Source: Candidatus Krumholzibacteriia bacterium (GTDB lineage Bacteria > Krumholzibacteriota > Krumholzibacteriia > Krumholzibacteriales > Krumholzibacteriaceae). From it: a stretch of DNA of 64,000 bases. The DNA is taken from assembly GCA_963770685.1 (NCBI GenBank), contig CAVYQN010000008.1, positions 22,447 to 86,446 of the forward strand, given 5' to 3'. Below, piece after piece: positions 42,416-51,543 of this stretch; position 1 is the stretch's first letter, and each line of letters starts with the position of its first letter. Under the pieces are notes generated by a model. It saw nothing but the letters and a program-made list of their open reading frames with translations, was not told the DNA's origin and ran no database searches. Position numbers and translations under genes: made by a program.

Positions 42416-43374
42416 TCACGGCGGCGGCAAGACTCTTTCTGGCGGCGGCCATGATCCTCGCGGCGCCTCAGGCATGCCGCGCGGCCGGCGCGGAGCCGGA
42501 GCGCGCCGCCGGTGAACCGGGCCGCGTCGCCTTCGACGAGTCGGGGTACATGGTGCGGCAGGCCCAGTGCGGCCCCTTTTACATGCACTACTCGGAGCGC
42601 ACATCGCGCGTCTCCCGCGAAGTTGAAAAGCTGATCTGCGAATCGGCCGGCGATATCGCCGCGGAGATCGGCCTCGAGAAGCCGGGCGCGATCCATGTCT
42701 ACACCGTTCCGGACAGGAACGAATTCAATTCGCTCTCAGGCGGCGCGATCCAGGAGTGGGGGGAGGCGTACAGCGATCTCGGGCGGATGATGATGGGGAT
42801 CGACGCGAGCGCCGTGCTGAGGTCGCCGCGGCCTCTGAAGGTCGTCGTGCGCCACGAGCTCTCGCACCTCTTTTTCTCGCAGAAGGTGAGGGGGGTCCGG
42901 TGCCCGGCCTGGTTCATGGAGGGGCTCGCGATGAGGCAGTCGAGGGAATGGACCCTCGTCGACCAGTGGAACCTCGTCGCTTCGCTCTGGAGCGGGAGGC
43001 TTCCCGACCTCGAGGATCTGGGCGGCGCTTTTCCCCGCTCCACAGCGGAGGCTTCGTCCGCCTATCGCCTCAGCTACGCGGCCGTCGACGAGCTTTTCGG
43101 CGAAAATCCCGGTGATCTCGTCACCCTGATCTCATTCGTTCGCGACACGGGGGATTTCGACCGTGCCTTCCTTCTGACATTCGGCCGCGCGCCGGAGGAA
43201 TTCACCGCGGCCTTCCACATGAAGCTCGAGAAGAGATACCGGACCGCCGGCGCCGTTCTACAATCCTCTCCCTTCTGGATATTCGTCGTACTCCTTTTCC
43301 TTTCGGCGTATGCGCTCAAGAGGATCCGCGGGCGGAGGAAGCTGAAGGAGTGGCGCGAAGAGGGCCTGGATTGA
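42412..43374 (+). CDS. Peptidase MA-like metallohydrolase, exported, with a C-terminal TM
   Basis: HELSH zinc motif plus PAWFMEGLA; signal peptide. Confidence 0.8.
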   Translation: MITAAARLFLAAAMILAAPQACRAAGAEPERAAGEPGRVAFDESGYMVRQAQCGPFYMHYSERTSRVSREVEKLICESAGDIAAEIGLEKPGAIHVYTVPDRNEFNSLSGGAIQEWGEAYSDLGRMMMGIDASAVLRSPRPLKVVVRHELSHLFFSQKVRGVRCPAWFMEGLAMRQSREWTLVDQWNLVASLWSGRLPDLEDLGGAFPRSTAEASSAYRLSYAAVDELFGENPGDLVTLISFVRDTGDFDRAFLLTFGRAPEEFTAAFHMKLEKRYRTAGAVLQSSPFWIFVVLLFLSAYALKRIRGRRKLKEWREEGLD

Positions 43375-43433
43375 CGAAGTGGCGCGAAAAGGGCCTGGAT
43401 TGACGAAGTGGCGAGAGGAGGGCATCGATTGAC
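43347..43433 (+). repeat. Three tandem 29-bp imperfect repeats
   Basis: ggagtggcgcgaagagggcctggattgac / gaagtggcgcgaaaagggcctggattgac / gaagtggcgagaggagggcatcgattgac. Confidence 0.92.
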
Positions 43434-43492
43434 GCGAGGCCGGCGCGCCGCCTCCGGAAAGGCCCGCGGGCAGGTCGTTTTTTGCTATTGTG

Positions 43493-43521
43493 TTGACACG
43501 ACGGGCGCGGCTTTTTATACT
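43493..43521 (+). promoter_or_regulatory. sigma70 promoter of the tRNA-Ser pair
   Basis: TTGACA, 17-nt spacer, TATACT. Confidence 0.8.
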
Positions 43522-43559
43522 GAACGAAACCCTCTTCCCGGAAGGGGGTCGTTTTTTCT

Positions 43560-43646
43560 GGAGGGCTAGTCCTAATTGGTAAGGCAGCGGCCTTGAAAGT
43601 CGCCGGGCGCAAGCCCATGGGGGTTCGAGTCCCTCGCCCTCCGCCA
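43560..43646 (+). tRNA. tRNA-Ser(TGA)
   Basis: GGAGGGC acceptor stem; gcggc-ctTGAaa-gtcgc anticodon arm; long variable arm; GTTCGAG; CCA end. Confidence 0.95.
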
Positions 43647-43663
43647 AAAAAATTTCGTTCGAC

Positions 43664-43757
<94 letters not shown>

Positions 43758-43834
43758 TTATGTCCGGCGCCCTCCGGCCTTCCGATGCCCTCCCGAATAA
43801 TTTCTTGACTCGCGCCCCCGGCATCGCTTTAAAT

Positions 43835-43862
43835 GTGTTACGTATTTGCTGAAAGGTAATAC
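43835..43862 (+). promoter_or_regulatory. NikR operator
   Basis: GTGTTA-N16-TAATAC dyad just upstream of nikR; same spacing as the E. coli GTATGA-N16-TCATAC site. Confidence 0.8.
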
Positions 43863-43876
43863 GAAGGAGGAGCGCG

Positions 43877-44290
43877 ATGCCGGGACTGGTCAGGTTCAGC
43901 GTCTCGATCGACGAGAAGCTTCTGGAGAGGTTTGACAGGCAGGTTCTCGAGAAGGGGTATCCCACGAGGTCGAAGGCGATAGCCGACCTGATCCGCGGGA
44001 ACATCGTCACGGACCAGTGGAAGGGGGGCAGGGAGGTCGCGGCGGCCGTCATCATGGTCTACGACCACCACAGGAGAAATCTCTCGAACAGGCTCACCGC
44101 CATCCAGCACGATTATCACAGCCTCGTCATCTCCTCGCAGCACATACATCTCGATCACGACAACTGCCTCGAGATCGTCGTCGTGAGGGGAAAGCCGGCG
44201 AAGGTCGCCGAGCTGGCGAACAGGCTCAAGGCTACGAAGGGCATCAAGTACTGCTCGCTCGCGGCGGCTTCGACGGGAGAGGATCTTTAG
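43877..44290 (+). CDS. nikR: Nickel-responsive regulator
   Basis: RFSVSID ribbon-helix-helix; RSKAIADLIR, YDHH, QHIHLDHDNCLE. Confidence 0.97.
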   Translation: MPGLVRFSVSIDEKLLERFDRQVLEKGYPTRSKAIADLIRGNIVTDQWKGGREVAAAVIMVYDHHRRNLSNRLTAIQHDYHSLVISSQHIHLDHDNCLEIVVVRGKPAKVAELANRLKATKGIKYCSLAAASTGEDL

Positions 44291-44312
44291 GCTACGGACC
44301 GGGGAGGGAAGT

Positions 44313-45020
44313 ATGGAAAAGATGATTTCGTTCAGGGGGAAGGCGGCGCGTGTCGCCGCGCTGGCGCTTCTTTTCGCGGCGCCTCTTCTATCGTTCGCGC
44401 CGGCGGCCCGATCGCACGAGCACTGGTTCGACCCCGGCGATTTTTACCCGGCGGCCGGTGCGGCGACATCCTTTCGCGTTTGCAGCGGGCACCATTACCC
44501 GGAGAGCGCTTTCGCCGTGAAGGACGAGGTCCTCTGTGGCGTGATCCTTGCGGCGCCGGGGGGTGGGACTTCGAAGGTCCCGACGACGAGGGGGGAGACC
44601 TCGCACGCAGGATCGTTCACGGCGGCGACGGAGGGCGTTCATATCCTGAGCCTCGCGCTAAAGCGGCCCGGGGCGGCCGACACGTCCTTCGAGCTCAAGG
44701 CGATAATCGTGGCGGGCGGCAAAGACGATCCTTCGGTTTATTCCACCGGGAAGGGGCTCGAGATCGTACCTCTTGCGCCTCTCGCGGCGGCAGCGGCCCC
44801 CTGTGAGATCCCGTGCGGGATCCTTCTAGACGGAGAGCGGATCGAAGGGTCTCTGACCCTCTTCGACGGCAGCGGCGGGAGCGTTGCGCTTAAGGCTGAC
44901 AGGGAGAGCCCCGCCATCGCCGCGGTGAGCCGCGCAGGCATGTATCTTATTGTGGCGCAAGCCACCGGGCGCGAATGTTCACTTGTTTTCGAGGTAAGGA
45001 AAGGGGAAGGGAAGGAATGA
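44313..45020 (+). CDS. DUF4198 (NikK-like) periplasmic protein
   Basis: Signal peptide followed by HEHW, SGHHYP and GLEIVPL. Confidence 0.8.
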   Translation: MEKMISFRGKAARVAALALLFAAPLLSFAPAARSHEHWFDPGDFYPAAGAATSFRVCSGHHYPESAFAVKDEVLCGVILAAPGGGTSKVPTTRGETSHAGSFTAATEGVHILSLALKRPGAADTSFELKAIIVAGGKDDPSVYSTGKGLEIVPLAPLAAAAAPCEIPCGILLDGERIEGSLTLFDGSGGSVALKADRESPAIAAVSRAGMYLIVAQATGRECSLVFEVRKGEGKE

Positions 45021-45477
45021 CGGCGAGGAGGATGATCCTGTCCCTGCCGGCGCTGGCGCTCGCCCTCGCCTGGCACGGGAACGCGCTAGCTCACGGAGCG
45101 ACATGCAGGCAGGTGGGGGGCGCGGTCGCCGTGGAATGCCTCTACGACAACGGCAGCCCGATGGCCTTTTGCGACGTCGCCGTTTACGGAGCGGCCTCCG
45201 GAGATTCGGCGATTCTTGCGGGAGCGACCGACGCGGCGGGAAGGTTCGCCTTCGTGCCGGTGGTGGGGGGATCGTGGAGAGTCGTCGTCGATGACGGGAT
45301 GGGGCACGCTGCGCGGGCGGAGATAACGGGAGCCGATCCCGGCGCCGCGGCGGGCGGCGAAAGGGGCGGTTCGCTCCGGGGGGGCCGGGCAGGCTGTACG
45401 GAGGGATCGCGGGTGTCGGCGTCATCTTCGGGATATTCGGGATCTACGCGCTAGCGAGAAGCAGGCGCTCGGGATAA
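45017..45477 (+). CDS. NikL-like nickel transport accessory protein (frameshift at a G-run near 45380)
   Basis: Signal then AHG; YDNGSPM, GATDAAGRFAF, DDGMGH; C-terminal TM GVGVIFGIFG in a shifted frame. Confidence 0.8.
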
Positions 45478-45497
45478 ACACGAAAAGGGGATGACCG

Positions 45498-46133
45498 ATG
45501 CACATATCGGACGGGGTGGCGCCGATTCCGGTCGCCGTCGCGGGTGCTCTCGCCGCGCTGCCCGGAATCGCGGTCGGCCTGAAGGTTTTGAAGGAGGAAA
45601 GGATACCGGCGGCGGCGCTCGTCTCCTCGGTCCTCTTCCTCTCGACCCTTCTTGTGAGGCTGCCGCTCGGCCCCTCTTCGGTCCACCCTCTTCTCGGCGG
45701 ACTCGCGGGGCTCCTTCTCGGATGGTCGGCGATGCCGGCCTTCCTGATATCACTTTTCCTGCAGGCTCTCCTTTTCCAGTTCGGCGGGATAACGACCCTC
45801 GGGATCAACACCTTCGTCATGGGGATGCCCGCAGTGGGCGTGTACCTGCTCTTCAACGGGAGGATCAGGAGGGAGAGGGACCCGCGGAAGGCATTTTGGC
45901 TGGGGGCCGCGGCGGGGATCGCCGCGTACCTCGCCTCATTCATCCTCTGGGCCGGCGCGCTCCTTCTTTGCGGCAGGCAGCTCGCCGCGATCGTCGCGAT
46001 CGCCTTCCTGCCGAACCTCGTTGTCGCCGTGGCGGAGGGGGTCTTCACGGGATTCATCGTCTCGTTTCTCGCGCGCGTCTATCCTTCGATATTCGGCGCA
46101 CCCGCCTTTGAGGCAAAGGGGGAGGGGCTTTGA
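45498..46133 (+). CDS. cbiM: Ni/Co ECF transporter substrate component (NikM/CbiM)
   Basis: MHISDG N-terminus; SSVHP; LQALLFQFGGITTLGIN. Confidence 0.93.
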   Translation: MHISDGVAPIPVAVAGALAALPGIAVGLKVLKEERIPAAALVSSVLFLSTLLVRLPLGPSSVHPLLGGLAGLLLGWSAMPAFLISLFLQALLFQFGGITTLGINTFVMGMPAVGVYLLFNGRIRRERDPRKAFWLGAAAGIAAYLASFILWAGALLLCGRQLAAIVAIAFLPNLVVAVAEGVFTGFIVSFLARVYPSIFGAPAFEAKGEGL

Positions 46134-46897
46134 GCTGCACGACATTCTTCGACGGAGACACCTTCATACACAGGCTCGACCCGAGGCCGAGGATCATCGT
46201 CACCCTCGCCTTCGCCGCGGTCGTCGCCTTTTCCTCGAATTCGGGCGTCCTCTGCGCCGCCCTCGCGGCGGGGCTCGCGCTGGCCCTCCTCGCGAGGATA
46301 CCGGCCGCCGCGCTCCGAAAACGTCTTCTCAGGCTCAACATCTTCACTGTCGTCCTCTTCGTGACCGTTCCCCCGACCTTTCCCGGCAGGACGGCGTTCA
46401 CATTGCTCTCGATTCCCTTCAGCGTAGAGGGGCTCCTGTGGAGCCTTTCGACGGCCATGAAGGCGAACGCGATCGTGCTCGTCTTTGCGGCGCTGATGGG
46501 AACGATAGATCTCTTCACCCTCGGCCACGCCTTCCATCACCTGAAGGTGCCGGCGAAGCTTACGCATCTCTTCCTTTTCACGCTGAGGTATCTCGACGTG
46601 CTTCATCACGAGTACGTCACGCTCCTCAGGGCGATGAAGGCGCGCTCCTTCCGGCCCTCGATGCGGCTTCACACATACAGAAGCTACGCCTGGCTCACCG
46701 GCATGCTGCTCGTGAGAAGCCTCGAGAGGTCGGAGAGGATACTCGAGGCTATGAAGTGCAGGGGATTCAGGGGGGAGTTCCACGTGTTGAAGCATTTCCG
46801 TTTCTCCGCGGCGGACGCGGCCTTCTCGGTCGGCTCGTTCGCGGTTCTGGCGCTTTTTCTCGCGGCCGAGCTTGCCGGAGCGGCCGCGTTGTGGTGA
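46130..46897 (+). CDS. cbiQ: Ni/Co ECF transmembrane component (NikQ/CbiQ)
   Basis: HRLDPR, FTLRYLDVL, AMKARSF, RSERILEAMKCRGF. Confidence 0.93.
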   Translation: MSCTTFFDGDTFIHRLDPRPRIIVTLAFAAVVAFSSNSGVLCAALAAGLALALLARIPAAALRKRLLRLNIFTVVLFVTVPPTFPGRTAFTLLSIPFSVEGLLWSLSTAMKANAIVLVFAALMGTIDLFTLGHAFHHLKVPAKLTHLFLFTLRYLDVLHHEYVTLLRAMKARSFRPSMRLHTYRSYAWLTGMLLVRSLERSERILEAMKCRGFRGEFHVLKHFRFSAADAAFSVGSFAVLALFLAAELAGAAALW

Positions 46898-46992
46898 CGG
46901 CGCGCCCCGCAGGCGAAGGCCGCGGGAGGCGCCGCCCGGAAACGGCGGGGTGACGGCGCGCCGCCGGCGCGCCGCGCGCATGGAGGGATGGC

Positions 46993-47661
46993 TTGGAAGG
47001 AAACGACGTCCTGATCAGGATGAAAGAGGTCGTCTTCGCGTACGACGGAGGGAGGGCAGTTCTGGGCGGCGCGTCTTTCGAGCTGCGCCGGGGCGAGAGG
47101 GTCGGCCTCGTGGGGCACATCGGCACGGGGAAGACGACGATACTGCACCTGATCGTCGGCCTGCTGAGGCCCCGGAGCGGTCTGATAGAGGTCTTCGGCA
47201 GGCCGAGAGGCGAGGAGCGCGATTTCATCGACGTCCGCCTTCGCGCCGGCCTTCTTTTCCAGGACCCAGAGGACCAGCTCTTCTGTCCCACGGTGATCGA
47301 GGATACGGCATTCGGGCCGCTGAACCAGGGGAAAAGCAGGGAGGAGGCGGCGGCCGTCTCGCGCGAGGTCCTCGGGATGCTCGGGCTGGGCGGGTTCGAG
47401 GACCGGATCACGCACCACCTCTCGGGGGGCGAGAAGCGCCTCGTCTCGCTGGCGACGGTGCTCGCGATGAAGCCCGACCTGCTCCTCCTCGACGAGCCGG
47501 TGACGGGGCTCGATCCCGATTCGGCGGAGAGGATAACGGCGATACTCCATACCCTGCCCCAGGCGATGCTGATCGTCTCGCACGATCAGGCCTTCCTCAG
47601 GTCGGTGACGTCGAGGTCGATCCGTGTCGAGGGCGGGAAGCTCCGGGCCTGCAGTTTTTGA
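46993..47661 (+). CDS. cbiO: Ni/Co ECF ATPase (NikO/CbiO)
   Basis: GHIGTGKTT, FQDPEDQLF, FGPLN, LSGGEKR, LLLDEP, SHD. Confidence 0.93.
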   Translation: MEGNDVLIRMKEVVFAYDGGRAVLGGASFELRRGERVGLVGHIGTGKTTILHLIVGLLRPRSGLIEVFGRPRGEERDFIDVRLRAGLLFQDPEDQLFCPTVIEDTAFGPLNQGKSREEAAAVSREVLGMLGLGGFEDRITHHLSGGEKRLVSLATVLAMKPDLLLLDEPVTGLDPDSAERITAILHTLPQAMLIVSHDQAFLRSVTSRSIRVEGGKLRACSF

Positions 47662-47744
47662 TTGACCGGGGCCCCGGGGGAATATATATAGATGAAGCAC
47701 AGCCGCTTCCTGCCGGGAACGGCCCCGATAAAAAGAATATTTAT

Positions 47745-47818
47745 GCGCCCATAGCTCAACTGGATAGAGCGTCTGGCTACGGACCAGAAGGTTGGGGGTT
47801 CAAATCCTCCTGGGCGTA
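47745..47818 (+). tRNA. tRNA-Arg(ACG)
   Basis: GCGCCCA acceptor stem; tctgg-ctACGga-ccaga anticodon arm; GTTCAAATC; CCA not encoded. Confidence 0.96.
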
Positions 47819-48147
47819 TTTTTTCATGCCTCGGTCGGCCTAGGCGAGCCTCCCCCGCGGAACGGAATCCCCCGGTGCGACATCCCTTTCAAATGATCGA
47901 TTCTCATCTCATTAATGGGTGAAAAATGCGCTGGTTCGGGGATGAAAAGAGCCCGGGATTAATTGGCTTGCGCTCATTCCAACGGCAGGGTAAATTATGC
48001 GAGATAGCAGAATCCGCTTGACCGGCCGGGGCCGTCAGGGGTAGAATGCGGCAGGGTTTCCCCCGTCGGGGCGCCCGGTTATCGCTATATTAGTAAAGGA
48101 TTTGCAGTTAGACAAAACACGAACCAACCGCCAGGAAGGAATGATCC

Positions 48148-48702
48148 ATGATAGAGATCAGGACCCATGGCCGGGGAGGCCAGGGATCGGTTATCGCTTC
48201 CGAGATTCTGGCCGACGCATTCTTTCACGAGGGTAAATTTGTTCAGGCATTTCCCGCCTTCGGCGTCGAGCGCCGCGGAGCCCCGGTGATGGCCTTCACC
48301 AGGGTCTCGGACAGCGAGGTGAGGGAACGGTGCCAGATCTACCAGCCCGATCATCTCATAGTCCTCGACAGGGTGCTCATCGAAACGGTGAATATCACCG
48401 AAGGCCTCAAGGACGGCGGCTGGATCATAATCAACACGAACAAGCCGGTGGAGAATTCGAATCTCACCTCGAGGTTCCACGTCGCAATCGTGGACGCCAA
48501 CAGGATCGCCCTCGACCACGGGCTCGGCTCGCGCTCCGCCCCGATCGTCAACACGTCGATCGTAGGCGCCTTCGCCGGGGCGACGAAGCTCGTCGGGATC
48601 GAAGCGGTGAAGAAGGCGATCGATGGATTCGTTCCCCTTAAGAAGGAGCACAACATCCAGGCCGCGGTCGACGCTTATAACGGTGTTCAGATCGTCTCCT
48701 GA
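48148..48702 (+). CDS. porG: 2-oxoacid:acceptor oxidoreductase gamma subunit
   Basis: EIRTHGRGGQG, FPAFGVERRGAPV, PIVNT. Confidence 0.93.
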   Translation: MIEIRTHGRGGQGSVIASEILADAFFHEGKFVQAFPAFGVERRGAPVMAFTRVSDSEVRERCQIYQPDHLIVLDRVLIETVNITEGLKDGGWIIINTNKPVENSNLTSRFHVAIVDANRIALDHGLGSRSAPIVNTSIVGAFAGATKLVGIEAVKKAIDGFVPLKKEHNIQAAVDAYNGVQIVS

Positions 48703-48715
48703 AGCTGGAGGGCAC

Positions 48716-50395
48716 ATGATCAAAAAGGTTGAATTCAAAACTTACAGGGAGATGCCGATTCGGCCGATGACGGTGGGCGACATGTTGTGGAACCTCACCG
48801 GCTCGTGGAGGAACGTCCGGCCCTATTACGATTTCAAGCGTTCCCCGTGCATCGTCGGCTGTCCCACGTCGGAAAACATCCAGCGCTACATCCAGCTTGT
48901 GACCGAGAACAAGTACGAGGAGGCCTGGAGAACGATAATCGACAACAATCCGATGCCGTCCGTCACGGGGCGGGTCTGTTTTCATCCCTGCATGAGCAAC
49001 TGCACCCGCGGCGAGTACGACGAGCCGATCAATATCAACGCGATAGAGCGTTCGCTCGGCGACATGGGCCTCGAGAATCCGGGCTGGATGACGAAGGCGA
49101 AGGCGACGGGTGACAAGAAGGCGGCCGTCGTCGGCAGCGGGCCTGCCGGGTTGTCATGCGCCTTCTACCTCGCTAGGGCCGGTTATCCAGTCACCCTCTT
49201 CGAGATGGACGGGGCGCTGGGCGGGGTCCTCAGATGGGGCATCCCCGAATACAGGCTGCCGAACGGCACGCTCGACAAGGTAATCAAAGCCATAATCGAT
49301 TCGGGGCCCATAACGGTAAAGACGGGCGTCAAGGTCGGCCGTGATGTCGGCCTTGCGGAGCTCGAGAAGGAGTTCGACGCCGTATTTCTCGGGCCAGGCC
49401 TCGCGCGCAGCAGATCGATGGATGTCGGGGGAGAAGAGGGCGCTGGGGTGGAGGCGGGACTTTCGTTCCTCAGGAAGGTCAACGGCGGCGAAAAGGTCGA
49501 TCCGGGCAAAAAGGTGATCGTCATCGGGGGCGGGAACACGGCGATGGATGTCGCAAGGTGCGCCCTTCGTTCGGGCAGCGACGTCACGGTCGTCTACAGG
49601 AGGACCGTCAACGAGATGCCCGCGATCCGCGAGGAGATAGAGGAAGCGGAGAAGGAAGGCGTGAAGTTCGAGTTCCTCGCAGCGCCGAAGGAAATTTTAA
49701 GAAAGAAGGGAAAACTCGCCGGGATCGTCTTCCAGAAGATGGAGCTCGGCCAGCCGGATGAATCGGGGAGGCGCCAGCCCGTTGCGGTGAAGGGCGAGAC
49801 GATTCAGATGGAAGCCGACAGGATTTATTCCGCCATCGGCGAGCAGGCCGATCTCGAAGGGATATCGGAAGCCCTGGAAACGGAGTGGAACCTTGTCAAG
49901 GCCGACGAGGCGACGGGGCAGACCAGCCGCATGAAGGTCTTCGCCGGAGGCGACGCCGTGACGGGCGCCGCGAGCGTCGTGGAGGCTATCGCCGCGGGGC
50001 GGAAGTCGGCGGAGAAGATCATTCGCGCCTTCACCGGACGGGCGGAGAGCGAAGAGGCCGAGCCTGTGACCGTCGGCATCGACGACATCAATACCGATTA
50101 TTTCTCCAAGACAAAGCAGACGAAGATGCCGCGCATCCCGGTCGGCCGCGCCAGGGAGGGTTTCGGCGAGATACACACGGGATATGACGCCGGGCTTCTT
50201 CACAAGGAGGCGGACCGGTGCTTCTCCTGCGGCGTATGCAACTATTGCGACAACTGCTGGGTGTTCTGCCCGGACGTCGCGATCATGCGGCATGAAAACG
50301 AGTATGAGATCAATTACGACTACTGCAAGGGCTGCCTCGTATGCGTTCAGGAATGCCCGCGCAACGCCCTTTCGACGCGGGAGGAGGGAAAATGA
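48716..50395 (+). CDS. GltD-like FAD/NAD(P) oxidoreductase fused to a PorD-like 2x[4Fe-4S] domain
   Basis: TGSWR, PCIVGCP, TGRVCFHPC, GSGPAG, GIPEYRLP, GGGNTAMD, YRR, FAGGD, CNYCDNCWVFCPD, YCKGCLVCVQECP. Confidence 0.9.
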   Translation: MIKKVEFKTYREMPIRPMTVGDMLWNLTGSWRNVRPYYDFKRSPCIVGCPTSENIQRYIQLVTENKYEEAWRTIIDNNPMPSVTGRVCFHPCMSNCTRGEYDEPININAIERSLGDMGLENPGWMTKAKATGDKKAAVVGSGPAGLSCAFYLARAGYPVTLFEMDGALGGVLRWGIPEYRLPNGTLDKVIKAIIDSGPITVKTGVKVGRDVGLAELEKEFDAVFLGPGLARSRSMDVGGEEGAGVEAGLSFLRKVNGGEKVDPGKKVIVIGGGNTAMDVARCALRSGSDVTVVYRRTVNEMPAIREEIEEAEKEGVKFEFLAAPKEILRKKGKLAGIVFQKMELGQPDESGRRQPVAVKGETIQMEADRIYSAIGEQADLEGISEALETEWNLVKADEATGQTSRMKVFAGGDAVTGAASVVEAIAAGRKSAEKIIRAFTGRAESEEAEPVTVGIDDINTDYFSKTKQTKMPRIPVGRAREGFGEIHTGYDAGLLHKEADRCFSCGVCNYCDNCWVFCPDVAIMRHENEYEINYDYCKGCLVCVQECPRNALSTREEGK

Positions 50396-51543
50396 AAAAG
50401 GTCATCATGGGGAACCATGCGGTGAGTTACGGCGTGAGGGCTTCGGAAGCTCAGGTGATCTCCGCCTACCCCATAACTCCGCAGACCCATATCGTTGAGC
50501 TCCTCTCCGAGATGTGCGGAAACGGCGAGATCGACGCGAAATTCATCAAGGTCGAATCGGAGCACAGCGCGATGGCGGCCTGCATCGGGGCCTCCGCGGC
50601 GGGCGTGAGGGCCTTCACGGCCACGTCCTCGCAGGGGCTGCTTCTGATGCACGAGATGCTGCACTGGGCGGTCGGGGCGAGGCTGCCGATCGTGCTCGCG
50701 AACGTCAACAGGGCGGTCGGCCCTCCGTGGAGCATATGGACCGACCAGAACGATTCCCTCTCGCAGAGGGACGTCGGATGGTTTCAGATATATTGCGAGA
50801 GCAACCAGGAGACGCAGGACACCGTTCCGCAGGCATTCAAGATAGCCGAGCAGCTCCAGATGCCCGTGATGCTGGTGCTCGACGCCTTCTTCCTCTCCCA
50901 CACCTACGAGATAGTCGACATAATCGAGAAGGAGCAGGTCCGCAAATTCCTGCCGCCGTACAATCCCGAGATAAAGATCGACACGAAGGACCCGCATTCC
51001 TTCGGGAATCTCGCCGGGCCCGACATGTACATGGAGCTGAGGTACATGATACAGGAGGCGATGGAGAAGGGCCTCGACGTCATAAAGAAGGTCGACGACG
51101 AATTCAGGGAGGTCTTCGGCCGGGGCTACGGCCTGATAGAGCCGTACAGGTGCGACGACGCCGAGATCATTCTCGTTACCTCCGGGACCGTCGCCTCGAC
51201 GACGAGGGCGGTCATCGACGCGATGCGGGGTGAGGGCGTCGCGATCGGAGCGCTGAAGATCAGGGTCTTCCGCCCCTTCCCCTTCGAGGAGATCTTCGCC
51301 GTCCTTTCGAAGGCGAAGAAGATCGCGGTCATCGACAGGAACATTTCCTTCGGCTGTCACGGCATCTTCTTCCAGGAGATCAAGAGCGCCCTTTACGGAA
51401 GGACCGATATACCCGTGCTCGGGTACATAGCGGGGCTGGGGGGAAGGGACGTCACCCCCGGCGTCATACGCGAGATCGCGGAGAACGCGATCAGCAATAA
51501 AAACCCCGAGAGATATATCAACTGGATAGGAGTCAAGAGATGA
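50392..51543 (+). CDS. porA: 2-oxoacid:acceptor oxidoreductase alpha subunit
   Basis: AYPITPQT, VESEHSAM, TATSSQGL, FRPFP, GLGGRD. Confidence 0.94.
   Translation: MKKVIMGNHAVSYGVRASEAQVISAYPITPQTHIVELLSEMCGNGEIDAKFIKVESEHSAMAACIGASAAGVRAFTATSSQGLLLMHEMLHWAVGARLPIVLANVNRAVGPPWSIWTDQNDSLSQRDVGWFQIYCESNQETQDTVPQAFKIAEQLQMPVMLVLDAFFLSHTYEIVDIIEKEQVRKFLPPYNPEIKIDTKDPHSFGNLAGPDMYMELRYMIQEAMEKGLDVIKKVDDEFREVFGRGYGLIEPYRCDDAEIILVTSGTVASTTRAVIDAMRGEGVAIGALKIRVFRPFPFEEIFAVLSKAKKIAVIDRNISFGCHGIFFQEIKSALYGRTDIPVLGYIAGLGGRDVTPGVIREIAENAISNKNPERYINWIGVKR

Noticed and set aside
43347-43433. Possible CRISPR array
   Set aside because: The repeats are directly tandem with no spacers, and no cas genes are present.
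43560-43646. Possible selenocysteine or suppressor tRNA
   Set aside because: The anticodon is TGA (reads UCA, Ser), not TCA, and the acceptor stem is a normal 7 bp.
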